Shown: in pieces, positions 12,660 through 27,227 of the stretch
Position numbering within the stretch: position 1 is the first letter of the stretch
How the letters are laid out: each line of letters opens with the position of its first letter
NCBI RefSeq assembly: GCF_035084215.1
Contig: NC_090340.1
Span: forward strand, 44,702,001 to 44,766,000
DNA: 64,000 nt
From: Heptranchias perlo
Taxonomy: Eukaryota
Direction of reading: 5' to 3'
Notes under the pieces: generated by a model
The model's input: the letters and a program-made list of their open reading frames with translations, nothing else
What the model was told of the DNA's origin: nothing
The model's database searches: none
Position numbers and translations under genes: made by a program

Positions 12660-13485
12660 CAGGAAGTCTGAAATGAAAATAGATAATGCTGGCAAAAGAG
12701 AATAAAAACAGGTCAACACAATGACTCCACCCCACCAACACTATGTTCTGATGAAGGGTCTATACTTGAAACATAAACCCACCTCCCCTCTCTTGGACAC
12801 TGACAATCCCTCACACAACCAGCATCACCTGCTGTGAAGAAAATGAAAGACACAGGTGAGGTTTTATATTACTACTGTCAGTGTTCAGACCAGAGGGGGC
12901 GAAAAGAGCCCAGGAGAAAGATGGGATACTGTTCCTGAAGCTTGCATTGAGCCCAATCTAACTTCTTTGTCTTTGGTCTTCACTGCTCCAAAGAGGCCAG
13001 ATTGGGAATGAGAAGGGGAGTTAACGTAGAAAGCCACAGAGAGATCAGGGTCACACTTTCAGTCAGACCTCCTACATTTGCAGATTTTTTCTTTTTTTCC
13101 TGTTTTCTCCAATTTCTCACCTTTTTGTTCATGTGGGCCTCTTTCACATCTTTTTACGCTGGTAGCTGTTTGCACATTTTTCTTCTTTTAACTTCTTTCC
13201 ATTGCCTGACTGATCTTTTACATCATCCAATAGTTTGGAGATTATTCAACCCGTTAACTCCCTGTGATTGGAGTATCTGTTGATTCTCTCACTCTCCCCT
13301 TTTTTCCTCCTTTTTAATCCAACCTTATAAAATGCTTGCTTATATTTTCGTTTTCAGTTCTGATGAAGGTTCTATCCCTGAAATGTTAACCTGTCTTTTC
13401 TCTTTACAGATGCTGACTGACCTGCTGTGTATATCCAGCATTCTCTGTTTTTGTTTCAGATTTCCAGCATTTGTAGTTTTTTTTC
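12660..13485. mobile_element. Mosaic of Penelope-like fragments (terminal repeats with CTGATGA..GAAA cores, GIY-YIG remnant)
   Basis: Shares the ACAGATGCTG..CAGCATT..TTCAGATTTCCAGCAT terminal repeat with 2087-2281; hammerhead-like cores at 12748 and 13360; 12890-13060 resembles 46290-46460. Confidence 0.6.
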
Positions 13486-13595
13486 TTTGTCCTGAAATCA
13501 TTTGATTTAGTCATTAATGGAAAAGTGTTGTCAATGTAAACCACTCCCTCGTTTTTGTAAGTTAACAATCCTAACTTGCAAGATATAATGTATAA

Positions 13596-14047
13596 TGGGG
13601 AAATTTACACACACGGTATGTTTTGCAGCAGCAGAGCTGTAAGTGCGCAAAACATATTTTGCATGTTTAAATTCCAGGTCACCGGTAACACAAAATATCA
13701 TTCCAGTTCTTTCAATCTATCACTGTGTTTCTCAGGCTCACATGCATTTTAGCTTTAATCAGCAGCATGCATGAAGTGTCAGTGCTTTGCCTTTTTCTGT
13801 CCATCGGAGTTTGGAGGAAGTTACCAGCTAGTGCAACAGCCAACTGAGTGCATGTAGGTTGTAACTGCACCAGGTGAGGAAAGGCAGAACTTTGACATTG
13901 CACATATGCTGCAGATTAAAGTGCCAGTGAGCTTGAGAAACAGTTGCAGAATGAAAGAGCTAACAGTATACACGAACTTAGAATTTTTACGATAAAAATT
14001 TAGCAATTTGCAACTATAGCAAATTTTCTAATTGTGAATTTAACCCA
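13596..14047. mobile_element. Old MITE-like element
   Basis: Imperfect TIRs TGGGGAAATTTACA / TGTGAATTTAACCCA. Confidence 0.35.
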
Positions 14048-17000
14048 TTTTACAGTATTTAGAATTAATGTACTTTACCTACCTGCACCCCATTCAGCAG
14101 GGAGCTATTTGCTGATGTCAGCTAAGGCTGCTATTACCAAACGCCTCCATAGGAACTAACGTGGACTGGCATCCTTTATATTCCCGTATATCAGTTGGGA
14201 ACAATCTGAGCCAGAAACCTCAGTCATGCCCAACGAACACACACAGCATCTAGATCATTCTAAACCTTACCTGTGAGTGTTTCTATTGACACTGGGTGCC
14301 CAAAGTGGAAAAATGTTCTGTTTCCCAACACTGGGATCCTTCACCTGATGAGCACAAAAAAGATTAAATGCAAATAACACAGTATTGGTGTAAAGAATAA
14401 GCAACACAACTTTCAACAGTTCCGGGTCACATTTCATTCACAATTTTTATATTAAATCTTAATAAGAGGGTGAATTACCTCACACATTAAACCTTCCATA
14501 TTTGATCAATAACTAACATAATGCCAATCATTCCATCATCAACTAAAGTAGTATCCAACAAGGTGACTTCTACCGTGATCCTAAAAATGAAAAGGAAAAA
14601 TAAATTATTTTTGGTTAATATATTGTGTAACATAAATCAGTAAGATTTCAGTAAAGTGTAATACTGGCTGTGTGAAATTTTCATTTGAGTTGTGAAATGC
14701 ACCCAGCAGTACAATTATAGAATTTTTTCTTTCAAACCTTAGGATGAGAGCATTTTGTACTAAACAACACTAAAGTGAAGTAATGGTGGCTACAGCTCCA
14801 TGAGTAGTGGTGGGAGCAATTTGAGGTGATAAATTAGGAGCAACGCTACTAGCTTTCCCATTTTCATGAAAAAGTGGAAGGAATTGTGGAATGTGATCTC
14901 CAAAACACTAACAAACATCACAGTAAATGAGATCAATTTTTAAATAAAGATTTGACTTAATTAGTCATCAGATGGGATAATGTTTCCAGATTAGACCCTT
15001 CCTAATAACCTTTCTGATAAAGGGTCTACATCCAAAGTGTTAACCCATCTCAGATAAAATACCAGAGGGTGACCCATACTTTTGGAACTGTATCGAAGGA
15101 AAGTGTCGATGCTTCAGAAGATGATGAAAAAAAGTATCTGAAAAAGGAAAAGATACTTGAAACTAATGTAATGAAGCACCTAATATTTCAAGATTATCCA
15201 TATTCCAGATGCAAAGGCAATATATTAAAGAAAATCAACATGGTTCTGACAAATATCTCTCAAAGTTTGTAAGACAATGAATTAAATAAATAAACAACTT
15301 GCCCCACTGGAGTACTTCAGACATCAACATAATTGTCACGTTCTCAGCTGTTTGCCAATTTGGGGTTGGTTTTTATTGTGATGTTGCTATTAAGTTAAAT
15401 TCAATCCACAAGGAGTTAACTCCTAAATGGGAATGCTGAATAGATCCAATAGCTGGGACCAGACAAATTGAGCAACCGAATTCTGTTTCTTGCATACTGT
15501 ATCAGTTTAGGAAAAGGGGTTTCATTAGTACATTTTAGAGACATTTGCACTGTAACAGTAGAATGCTTCTATTTATTAGGCACAGCAGAAGTCTTAGACT
15601 AGACAATATGTTGCCATGGCCCCCACACCAAAAGGGGTGGGGGAGGGGTAGGAGGTGATAGTTTTGATTGGCAGCTCAGGAAACCAATCCGCACCACTGT
15701 GTGAGTTGAAGTTTGAAACTATCAGACAGGCTGAGAGCTCTCTTCCAAATTAGCACCACACTGTTCTGCAAATACTGAGTTGTAAAGTGAAACTATGCCC
15801 ATCTCAAAGGCTAAGTTTGCATAGTATTATTTTTGATATGACAAGCAATAATGTAAAATAGGTTGAATTTCACTAAGAAACATATTGCGTATAAAATAAA
15901 TCAGTTCACTGGTTATAACTGGCTCATCTCACTGCCTTCTGGAAGACAGACAAAAACACAGATGCGAGTTCACAGAATTCAGTACACAGAACGAGGGTCC
16001 CTATTGTTCCAACCCCCAGTCATGTTATCACAGATTGTCTCCAGATTGTAGGGGACGTGGACTCAGCTTACGGGAGTGACCGGTAACCTGAATCCTACAG
16101 AATATTTAATGCAGATTAGAGATTTGTAACAATCACACAAATGCAACACTTCTACCTTACACATTAATACAACAATACTATATAGTAAGCCTATGTATTC
16201 TGTCCAAACAATTAGACACACAAAATTAACTTTAAATTTCTAATTCTTTTTTACTGTGTAATACTGAAAATATTTAAGCTGCTTCATGTCGAGAAACATA
16301 TTCAGTTATATCATGGCAGTTGTTGAAATGTTATAACAATGCTATTTAATAGGGGATAAACTTATTTCTTTCTCTTCCTCCACCCCTAAATTTTCTCCAA
16401 TCCTCTCTTCATGCACCAGCACCTCACTCAAACGTTAGCTGGCTTACTGAGTATTCACATATTATTTCACTGTTTGATTGTGAATGGCTCTGAATTTGTC
16501 CAGTATTCACCCATATGTAATTTCTAACTGGGATCATTTTAGCAATCATGAGCGGAACTCTGGCTGATTTAACCCCCCCACCACATCCTCCATAGCTCAG
16601 GGCACTGCGGTTAATTATGAAGCTTCCCACAAAAGATTGGCCAAGTCAACAAAGACCAGGGATCAAAACTGGGGCTTTTCTGGTCTACATAGTTCAGCAT
16701 TGTATCACATGGCAAATTTATCTAAGCTATTTCTAATTTTGTTCTTCACCATGCAGGAAAATAAACTGATCCTTTACCGGTTATCAACACACAGAGGACA
16801 AGCAGAAGACAGCATGCACCTTCAAATAGAATTCTCATGGAGGAGAGACATAACATTAGCTTTTCTGAAAATGATTCTTATTACGAACGACTACTCCACC
16901 TCAAGAACCAAAAACTAACTGATGGTAGGGTATTACTAACAGCTACTGTACTGCTGGCATTCAGTATAGTCCCAAATCAAATTGAATAAATGTCCAGAGC

Positions 17001-17967
17001 TATCAGTAATGTATCATGTATCACAAGTAGGACATTGAAAGACTCAAAGATCCTGAATTTTGAACACAGTGCTTCAGCTTTAATATTTAACAGGATAGTC
17101 TTCTGATTATCACTTTGCTTCATTCAAGAAAGTATAGTAAATTGAATTAAAATTCAGCTACTTTAAAAAAAATTGCTCCTTACTTAACTGACACGTTCAT
17201 TCTTAATGGAGACTAGTTTCCAGTGATTTCCTGAGGTAAATGGATTATTTTGCTGGAAGGCACCATCTGAAATTAGCTGACTGATAGTCTGTGTGTTCTT
17301 CTGCAAGTAGGCTGCATTTAACCTTCACATTCATACAAAAATAACAAAGTTTTGTGACATAAAGCGAGATGAAGACCAAACAATTTAACGTACGAAAAAT
17401 AATTTGCAGTTGAATCCAAAATTCAACATCCCAACATCAATAAATTGTGTTTACAGTTTGTATAATGGATGTCTCCAGACCAATTTGAATTTTCCCATCT
17501 TAACCTTAACTAGGACTTAATCACACCATGTATGAAACTGCATTCACAAAAATAGGCCAAGAATCACTGGATCTGCTCTTGCTGGTGTGGGATCTACTTT
17601 GTTAACTGTATCGGGCAACATCTAACATCAAAACCAGGAAATAGCTCAGGCAACACCTTTACAACACAGATCAAAGGAGACAAATATAAATGTACAGTAA
17701 CTTGCATTACTTTTAGAATCAATGACTCAACTAAAACAACAGATTTTAATGCAATCTAAATACAAGCAATATGGTCAAATACACAACTATCAAAATGGCT
17801 GATGGACACTACCTTCCATATAACTAATGTTTAAAATCAAAAGAAAGAACTTGTATTAATATACTGCCTTTCACATACACAGGACATCCCAAAGTGCTTC
17901 ACAGTGTAGTCACTGTTGTCATTTAAATGAATGTGACAGTCAATTTGCACAACAGAAATATTGGAGG

Positions 17968-18091
17968 TGAAATTCAATTCTGGTGGGGGTACAAACAGAC
18001 GGGAGTGGATCGGTCGGACATTATATCCCTATAAGATTTTCCTAAAGGGTGTATAATAGGCGGCCGATCCGCTACCTGAAGTTGAATTTCA
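17968..18091. repeat. Short palindromic (hairpin) MITE-like repeat
   Basis: Nested inverted pairs TGAAATTCAA/TTGAATTTCA, GTGGATCGGTCG/CGGCCGATCCGC, ATTATATCCCT/AGGGTGTATAAT. Confidence 0.6.
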
Positions 18092-19409
18092 TGAAAATGA
18101 TCTCTCACGCTCACTTGCTTTCCCTCTCCCTCTCTCATACATTTAAACATAACTGACCAAGACTTAGAGTTCAGCATGCCCAAGTCAGGTATAGCATGAC
18201 CAGATCCAACGTAAAGCATGCTCTGCCTGCAATAAAATTGTACCTTAACTCCAGCTTCAGAAGAACATCCCTTCTGCTTCTGATTTTTTTTTCCTAATTC
18301 CAACATATGCCATTATTATAGCCCCTCAGGGGAAGATTAGCAATATGTAGCGAAACCATAGGGAATTTTGCGCTATGGACTCACAACCACCATGAACTGG
18401 ATCGAGCCCGCCGAAACCACAATTTACAGAGAAGCCTGCGCAGCTTCCAGAATGGACACTTTTGCTATTTCAGCTGGGCTGCATTCTGCTAACTTACTGC
18501 GCCATGCAGCTTTCCCTCCCCTAAAACAAGAATTCAAAATGATATGTGGCCAAAGGTGCATCACATTATGCTATATATGCAAACAAAGCGTGTGTTACTG
18601 TAATGCTAATGGGCTGCACCCAGAGCTGCACAGTGCTGAGACCACCGTAGATCTGCTTGTGGCAATTTACAAGTGGAAATATAATCGATGACAAATGAAG
18701 AAATCAACAATTCACAGACAGACACTGTCTTGGAAAGAAGTTATTTAGATCTACACACTATTATGTCTGTCTTTGTACCATGCGCTGCGTAAGAATTAAG
18801 GTCAGGTTTGCTGGTATGTAAGAACGCAAAACTTCAGTTTGCTCAGCCTGTCCAAATGTAAACAACGGCACCCGCAGCAAGATAAGAGGAACGATAGTCT
18901 CAAGTATTTTAAAAAATTGGGAGAACTGCACCATATTGTGTGGTATTAAGCCACAGGGTGGTCACAAATTCAATCCTTGGCTAATCCTTAGCTAATCTCA
19001 ACCAGGGTGGTGGTAGTAGTGCTACAACTAGTCTCAGCAGTCAGTACCCTTTGCCGAGGGAGGGAAACATCAACTATGGCTCCCACTCCTGACCAATGTC
19101 CTGTGAGCACTAATAAAAATAAATGTGGGTGAACATCAGGTAAGGACAGGATCGGGCTGGGCTGTGTGCCATCCACGATTAAACAGTCTGCCAACAATCA
19201 CAATCCGCCTTTCTTTCACCTTGGAAATGTGTTTATATCCGTTCATCTTATCCCCAAGAAAGGTGATCTCATGCCCTTCAAACTAATGCCTGAATACCCT
19301 TACTTCAATACTGTCTAAACTTAGGGAAGCTGCTGTTAACTCTCCAATTAGCCATCACCTTAAAAGTTCCAGCCAAATCCATATCACCGGTATGGTTTCC
19401 AGCATGGGA

Positions 19410-20398
19410 AGTGGTGCTGGGACCACTGTTGTTCACCATTTATATAAACAATTTGGACTTGGGAATCGGAAGTACAATTTCAAAATTTGCAGACGACAAC
19501 AAATTGGGGGAATAGTTAATATCGAGAAGGACAACAACAAAATACAGGAAGACATTAATAAACTTGCAGAATGGGTGTGTAATTAGCAAATGAATTTCAA
19601 TATAGATAAGTGTGAGATATCACATTTTGGTAGGAAGAATAAGGGGGCCACATACTGCTTGGATAATAAGAGTCTAAATGGGCAGAGGAGCAAAGGGATC
19701 TGGGGGGACAGATACACAAATCACTAAAAGTAGAGTCACAGGCTAATAAGGCCATAAAAAATGCAAACCAAGCACTGAGGTTCATTTCTAGAGGGATAGA
19801 ATTGAAAAGCAGAGAAGTTATGTTAAACTTGTATAGAACCTTGGTTAGACCACACTTGGAGTACTGTGAATAGTTCTGATCTCCATATTATAAAAAGGAT
19901 ACACAGGCACTGGAGAAAGTGCAAAAAAGATTTACTAGGATGATACTAGAACTGAGAGGTTATACCTATCAGGAAAGATTGAGCAGGCTGGGGCTCTTTT
20001 CTCTAGAAAAGGCTGAGGGGAGACCTGATAGGAGGTCTTTAAGATTATGAAAGGGTTTGATAGAGTAGACGTGGAGAAGATGTTTCCACTTATAGGGGAG
20101 ACCAGAACTAGGGGCATAAATATAAGATAGTCACTAATAAATCCAAAAGGAAATTCAAGGAAAACTTCTTTATCCAGAGAGTGGTTAGAATGTGGAACTT
20201 GCTACCACAAGGAGTTGTTGAGGCAAGTAGCATAGATGCAGTTAAGGGGAATCTAGATAAACATATGAGGGAGAAAGGAATAGAAGGATATGCTGATAGG
20301 GTTAGATGAAGTAGGGAGGGAGGAGGCTCGTGTGGAGCATAAACCATGGACCTGTTGGGCCAAATGGCCTGGTTCAGTGCTGTGCATTCTAAATAATT
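19410..20398 (+). mobile_element. CR1 LINE, 5'-truncated
   Basis: SKFADD-type RT motif, LVRPHLEYC region and CR1 3' tail; many stops. Confidence 0.85.
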
Positions 20399-21268
20399 CC
20401 ACTGGTTATCTTGCTGCCCATGTTATGCAATGTTGGAATTCTGATCTTGAACACTTTGGTGAATGTTTTGTCTTTGTTTTGGACATCTCCAAGGTCTTTG
20501 ATGGGGTCTAGCATTGTGGACTTCTAAACAGGTTACCATCACAGGGCCTCCCATCAATGCTATAATCATATCTAACTAATTTTCTCCCAAATCACTATGC
20601 ATACTATAGTTGATTTATCGTCTGACCATTATCTTGGGGGTTCCCAGCGCTCTATTTTCTGTCTCTCATTCTCTTCCTTTGTCAAATTAATGACCTCCTC
20701 CACTCATTATCCAACCCTATCCACTAGTTTGCTTATGATTCCACTTTACCTTCATCAACTTCCTTCAGATCTCATGCTCTCATTATTCACATCCTCCAGT
20801 CCTGATCGCCTCTATGCACCTGAATAGGGCAATCAAAAACTTGTTTCTTTCAATCCCTCAAAGGCAGTTTCTTTACGTCTCTCAAAAGTCTAACTTCTTA
20901 CCAACAGCTCCACCTTTAGTCCTTTCTCTTCGATTGTCACCTTGCGTTTACTGTTATCTTCTCCTTCCAGTGGAACTCCCATACTTCCTCCATTACTAAA
21001 ACTACTTCCAAGAAGCTTAGTTTCCTATTTCACGGCAAACATTTTTCCTCTCAACAACTTCTAAAGTCTGTCTGTAATGCTCCACAAGGTAGAGTGCATC
21101 AAAGACTAGCACTGCAACTATATCTGCAAAGGCTCTTCTAGCATTTCTCTCATACTCCTGGGTAGAATACAGAAAAAAAACGTATCTGAAAAATGACCCC
21201 ATTCTCAGCTTTAGCCTCCAACCTCTCTCTTTCCTTCACAATCTTTCTGGCCGTTCTCTATTTTATTG

Positions 21269-23155
21269 ACATTACTGATGAAAGGAAAGTATTAGAGAAG
21301 TTAGTTGAGCTAAAGAATAAAGTGTCAGGACCTGATAGGATATATTCAAGGATTCTGAGGGACTCAGAAGAAATAGTGGGAAGGTTCTACTGAGAGTGGA
21401 TGTGTGCCATAGGTCTGGAGAGTAGTCAGTGTGAACTCAGCTTCAAGAAAGGAGACAGATCTAATTTAGATAATTACAGGCCAGTTAGTTTAACATCTGT
21501 GGCAGGGAACATTTTGGAATCTTTAATTAAAGATTAAATTACCAAATAACTAGATGAAAAGAAAATAATTAGAAGTAGCCAACACAGATTTTAGAAAGGA
21601 AAATCATGCATGACTATATACGTATATTCAAGGTTGAGATAGATAGATTTTGGGACTCTAGGGGAAATTGAGGGATATGGAGATCAGGTGGGAAAGTGGA
21701 GTTGAGGTCGAAGATCAGCTGTGATCTTACTGAACGGCGGAGCAGGCTCAAGGGGCCGTGTGGTCTACTCCTGCTCCTATTTCTTATGTTCTATGACGAA
21801 CTTGATAGAGTTCTTTGAGGAGGTAACATATATGGGGGGAATGCAGGGGATGTGGTGTACATGGACTTTCAGATAGCCTTTGACAAAATACCACACAAGA
21901 GACTATTGGAGAAGATTAAGGGGTATGGAACTAGGGGAACGGTAACAATTGTACTAAAAGCTGGTCAGAAGGAAGAAAACAGAGTATAAGTTAAAGGCAG
22001 TTTCTCAGAGTGGTTGGAAGTGGTAGAGGTGTTCTGGGACCAGTTCAGTTCACTGTGTAGATCAATAATTTGGATACAGGTCTAGAGGGAGTGGTGTCCA
22101 AAATTACAAATACCACTAAAATAGGAGGCATAGTAAATAATTCTGAAGACCAAAGGAAACTACAAGGAGATATTGATAAGGTGATGGAATGGGAAAAAAG
22201 GGGCAGATGAAATTCAATGTCAGTAAATGTGAAGTGGTACATTTTGATAAAAGAAATAATAGAAATAATTATACTTTGAATGGGAGCAGGGTGGATGACG
22301 TGGAAGGGTGGGGGAACTTGGGGCTTCGGATTCGCAGGATATTAAAAATAGCACTTCCAGTAGATAGAGCCATAAAATAGCTAACTGGGTTTTATGGCAA
22401 GAGGTATAGAATATAAGAGTCGAGATGTAATGGTGAATCCATGTAAAACCTTAGTAGGTCCACAGTTGGAGTACTGCGTAGAGTTTTGGACTCCACACTA
22501 TAGGAAGGATAATAAAGCAATGAGAAGGTACAGCGCTGGTTTGCTAGGATGCCACTGGGAGTGAGGAAATATAAATATGAAGACTTGAAAAATTGGGGTT
22601 GTTTTTGTTAGAACAAAGAAGATTATGGGGTGATTTGTTAGAGATGTTTAAAATTATGAAGGAATTGGAAAGAGAAGGGTTGGTCGGTCCTTAAGGATAG
22701 AGAACCTGCTACCCCTACACATGACTCATGTTACATGATTGACTCTTAATGAACTCAATGCAACTAGGGATGGGTAAGAAATGTGGCCTTGCTAGCACCA
22801 CCCACATCCCGAGAGCAAATATTTTAAAAAGTAGGTAGAAACAGGTTGTTTCCAGTGATTGAGGGATCTAGAATGAGGACATAGATGTAAGATTAAATGT
22901 AAGAGATTTAAGACAGAGAGCTGGAGAAACTTTTTTTTATATATACAGAGGGTTGTGAGGCTGTGTAACCAGAGTCAGTGATTGAAGCAAGGACCGTGTC
23001 AACTTTTAAGACCAAGACAGGTGGTTGAAGGGAAGGGGAATAAAAGGATATCGGAACAGAATGGGCACATGGGATTAGGACTACTGCTCATGTGGGAGAT
23101 AAACACCAACACAGACTGAATGAACTGAAATGCCTGCTTCCATGTTGCAATTTGT
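21269..23155 (+). mobile_element. Degenerate CR1 LINE with two nested 3' fragments (~21615-21793, ~22670-22830)
   Basis: GPD.I..RIL, NYRPVSLTSV, MKFNVSKCEVVHF and PQLEYC motifs, heavily frameshifted. Confidence 0.8.
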
Positions 23156-24114
23156 AATACTATGGTGAGTGGTTCTCAGAACTTCCCTCTGTATTGTTCC
23201 TTCAGAGATCTGAATGTGCTCTCTCCTCTACACCCTCTTCCTTACCCTCCCTATATCTCCAATGTGTTGAAATCAAGACTCATGGCACAGTCTCCTACCC
23301 TAACTTATTCTTTCCTACCACTTCAAAATTATGGAACTCTATGGCTCCCTCACGCTTTCTTGTCCTACAATCGTAAGGTTTTTAAAAACTCAAACTGTGG
23401 AGGGGCAGTACTCCATTCACTCCAGTAGTTCTCTGGTACAAGTGGCCATTCTGCACGTGAGGCTAGACAGTGAATGTCGGTAGGCTGTTCCTCAAATTCA
23501 GTCCTCATCAGACATCTACATACGTGCATTTGTCAACAAAGCAGATCTGGCTGAATTTCCTCTCCCTAGTTCTGAGGCCAGTTTTAACCTACCACCTCCC
23601 TAACCAAGTACTAACTTAGCACAGACTAGGAATCAAATCTGCTACCATCCTGATTTTTACAATTCAGAATCACACTGGTCAGTGATCTTACAAACTGAGT
23701 AATCAGGAGATTATTGTTGAGAATTTACTTTAATTGTGACAGTAGAATTGTCTACATTAAAGAAACACAAAGCTCAAACGAATTTCTTTATCAGTAAAGT
23801 TACTTATTATGCTTGTTTTGAAAGTCAGTTTACTTAACACTATCCCTCTAACCCTAACTAAACAAGCAGTATTTCCCAAATCTCAAAGTTACACCACTGA
23901 CAGGCCCAGCAGGAAACTGGATTCTTCTTACAGGTTTGTAAACTTCAACAAAACAGACTGTAAGATTCCTTTTTGTGGATTTTTTTCTTTACCTGCAAAT
24001 CTCATCCCGATTCCAGCAGCCTCTGCAAATTCATGGGTTTTCCCCTCCGTAACCAAGCCTTAGATTTTCTTTCACCTGAAAATTAGAAACTCAACAGCAG
24101 AAAAAAAAACTTTA

Positions 24115-24310
24115 CAGCGACAAACACCATGGCGCAGGCTGATGGCGTCACCCCGGCGTCCGACCTCGGAGAACAGCAGGACGCGGTCCTCCGGTAACAG
24201 TGCCCCCTCGGCATGGGAGGACTGCGGGAAAACTACAGCCGGCAAAAGCGCCCCCTAACTGTGGGAGGAGGTGAAAACTACCAACAGCATCGGCGTCCAT
24301 CAGAAAGGAA
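24115..24310. promoter_or_regulatory. CpG-rich patch, candidate ATXN1L promoter/first exon
   Basis: Clear CpG-dense unique patch between the ATXN1L CDS and NOB1. Has AACTAC motifs and two (A)GYGCCCCCT CTCF-like half motifs. A minus-strand donor CAG|GTAAAG lies at 23992. Confidence 0.45.
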
Positions 24311-25149
24311 AGTGAATAGTGTAAAATGCTGCAGAACTGGGCGAATGCTGGAGAGGGTGCTCAGTAAAGTTGTTTGGGATACGGGTTCAACATAATGCAG
24401 GCTGAATGGACAGAAATCAGTGTAATAATTCAACAGTCCATACCACTGATGCACCACTTGGGGTTTCCATTTCTACTCTGCTCCTTCATTGCTTCAACCT
24501 TCTTACTATCGACAGACTCCCTTCGCTGCTAACTGTTCCTGCCCAGGCCAGCAACCTGGTGCTCTTGGCTCCACTAAATGGCTGGCTTCCTCTCAAATGT
24601 GGCTTGTCCTCAGCTGACCAACCTTTGCTCCACAATTGCTTCCACTACGTGAATTGTAGAACGTTACAGACTGTTTTGGATTCTGCTCTACCAAACTCGG
24701 ATGCTAAAGGCTCTATGCTTAGTGACAATGCAAACAATCTAACGTCCCTAAACACCCATATTTCATTGTCCATCAGCAGTCTTGGACCACTCCTGGATAA
24801 ATGGCATCCTGGACCACAAACCTTTCTCTTTCGCAAAGCACATGAGAATTGTTGCATTTCTACTTCTGCTGGCAAGTCTCATCTATGAAATGAGTACTGG
24901 CCCTCAATGCCCATATATGCCTGGAACTCCTCACCTAGTCCTGGATGCTCCACCATTTCAGCCTAACCACAGACTTCTGACAACCATTTCTTAAACTTGC
25001 ACCTATAGGATTTGCTTTAGTCTCCTCTGTATTTAATATATAATCTAATGCTACTTTAGCTTTATCTATTTGCATGAACATATTAGCGGCCACTTTGACC
25101 CTGAACTTCCTCCCTATGCTAGCCACCTTGTGGCCCTCTCTGCTTTTCC

Positions 25150-25420
25150 CATCTACTCCTGCTGTTCTCACCTATGCTTTTATTACCCCAACACTCCAGT
25201 CCTCAAATGTCCTCCCTGCTGGCTTCTCAAACTACTTGTTATGCAAACTCCAACTTATCCAAAACTCTGTCACCCACACTAAGGCTCACTCATTTTGCAT
25301 GTCCTTGCTGAGCTCTACTGGCTCCCTATCTCCCAAAGTTCCACATTTAAAATACTTGTCCTCATCTACAAATCCCTTGATAGCCTTGCCCCACCCTATC
25401 TCTATAACCTTCTCCAGCAT
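25150..25420 (+). mobile_element. L2 LINE 3' fragment
   Basis: KLQLIQNS...LAELYWLPI...FKILVLIYKSL.SLAPPYL, the L2 ORF2 C-terminal motif. Confidence 0.7.
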
Positions 25421-26011
25421 GTACTCTATGGTTCACCAACTGCATTTTTCAGCAGGAGAGGAAACTATCCCTTGCCTGAGGTAGTGAAGCGAATTGTAGT
25501 CCCCCATTGCTGTGTCAATTTGCACACAGATTGGGGATCAAACATGGGACCTTCTGAAATATATATGTCACATAATATATTTACCTATCAATGTATTGAC
25601 CAATTATTATTTTATATACCTACTGTATTTTCATTTAGGAAAATAGAACTTCACATCTGGTTATGTATTTCATTGCTGTTTGTGGGACCCTGCTGTGTGC
25701 AAATTGGCTCTTGTGTTTCCCTACATTACAACAGTGACTACACTTCAAAAGTACTTCCTTGGCTGTGAAGCACTTTGAGACATCCTGGGGTTGCGAAAGG
25801 TGTTATATAAATGTATGTCCTTTCCTTTCCTTTCCTGCCTGTAATCATAGCTCCTCCCCTGTGACATCTTGAATAATCTGAACATTACATGTAAGATGTA
25901 ATAAATAGGGAAGAAAAACAATCAATTAGAAAACTGGTCTTATGACTCATTTGAGTATTTCAATGCAAATATAATAAATGCAATAAATGCATTGGAATAA
26001 TAATTACATTG

Positions 26012-27025
26012 AATGTATAGCACAGAAACAGGTAATTCAGCCCAACAGGTCTATGCCAGTGTTTATGCTCCACACGAGCCTCCTCCCACCCTTCTTCATC
26101 TAAACCCATCAACATAACATTCTATTCCTTTCTCCCTCATGTGTTTATCCAGCTTCCCGTCTCAACTACTCCTTGTGGTACCGAGTTCCACATTCTAACC
26201 ATTCTCTGGGTAAAGAAGTTTCTCCTGAATTCCCTATTGGATTTATTGGTAACTATCTTATATTTATGGCCCCTAGTTCTGGTCTGCCCTGCAAGTGGAA
26301 ACATCTTCTTCACAACTGCCCTATCAAACCCTTTCATCTCTTAAAGACCTCTGTCAGGTCAGCCCTCAGTCTTCTCTTTTCTAGAGAAACAAGCCCCTAT
26401 TCAACCTTTCCTGATAGGTATAACCTCTCAGTTCTGGTATCATCCTAGTAAATCTGTTTTGCACCTTCTCCAGTGCCTGTACATCTTTTTATAATATGTA
26501 GTCAAGAACTGTTCTCAGTACTCCAAGTGTGGTCTATCCAAGGTTGTATGCAAGTTTAACATAACTTCTCTGCTTTTCAATTCTACCCCTCTAAAAATGA
26601 ACCCCAGTGCTTAGTTTGCTTTTTTTTAAATGGCCTTATTAACCTGCATCGTTACTTTTAGTGATTTATGTATCTGTACTCTCAAATCCCTTTGCTCCTC
26701 TACCCCATTTAGACTCTTATTTTCCAAGGAGTATGAGGCCACTTTATTCTTCCTACCAAAATGCACCACCTCACACTTATCTTTATTGAAATTCATTAGC
26801 CAATTATATGCCCATTCTGCAAGTTTATTAATGTCTGTATTTTGTCACAGTCCCCCTCAATATTAACTATACCCCTCAATTTGGTGTCATCTGCAAATTT
26901 TGAAATTGTACTCTCAATTCCTGAGTCCAAAATCAATTATGTAAATAGTGAACAACAGTGGTCCCAGCACTGATCCTTGTGGAACACCAATTCCCACCTT
27001 TTGCCAGTCTGAGTAACTACCTTTA
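26012..27025 (-). mobile_element. CR1 LINE 3' part
   Basis: Reverse complement of the family at 19410-20398 (RTRGHKYKI...RRNFFTQR). Confidence 0.85.
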
Positions 27026-27227
27026 ATGTTATAAACTGGATAGCCAGGTGGTGAAGGATAAAATACCAGAACCTAGTCTTCAGTTACTTCCAAGCCTTCA
27101 TTCACAGAGCACCACATCCTAGCTAAGCTCTCATATATATGGATACAAGAGCATCCCAAATTGATACACACCACCTGAATACAATTAACACTAATTGATA
27201 TAAATCATGTGGCTACAATTAACATTT

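Larger units (their letters stand above)
19205..23400 (+). mobile_element. Ancient CR1-clade LINE in three pieces (~19205-19410, 20398-21268, 23160-23400)
   Basis: Degenerate RT blocks in order: IPKKGD..., YGF, STG.L..HFGE..LDISK.FD.V, then C-terminal FFPTTSKLWNS. Split by two younger CR1 insertions. Confidence 0.65.
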
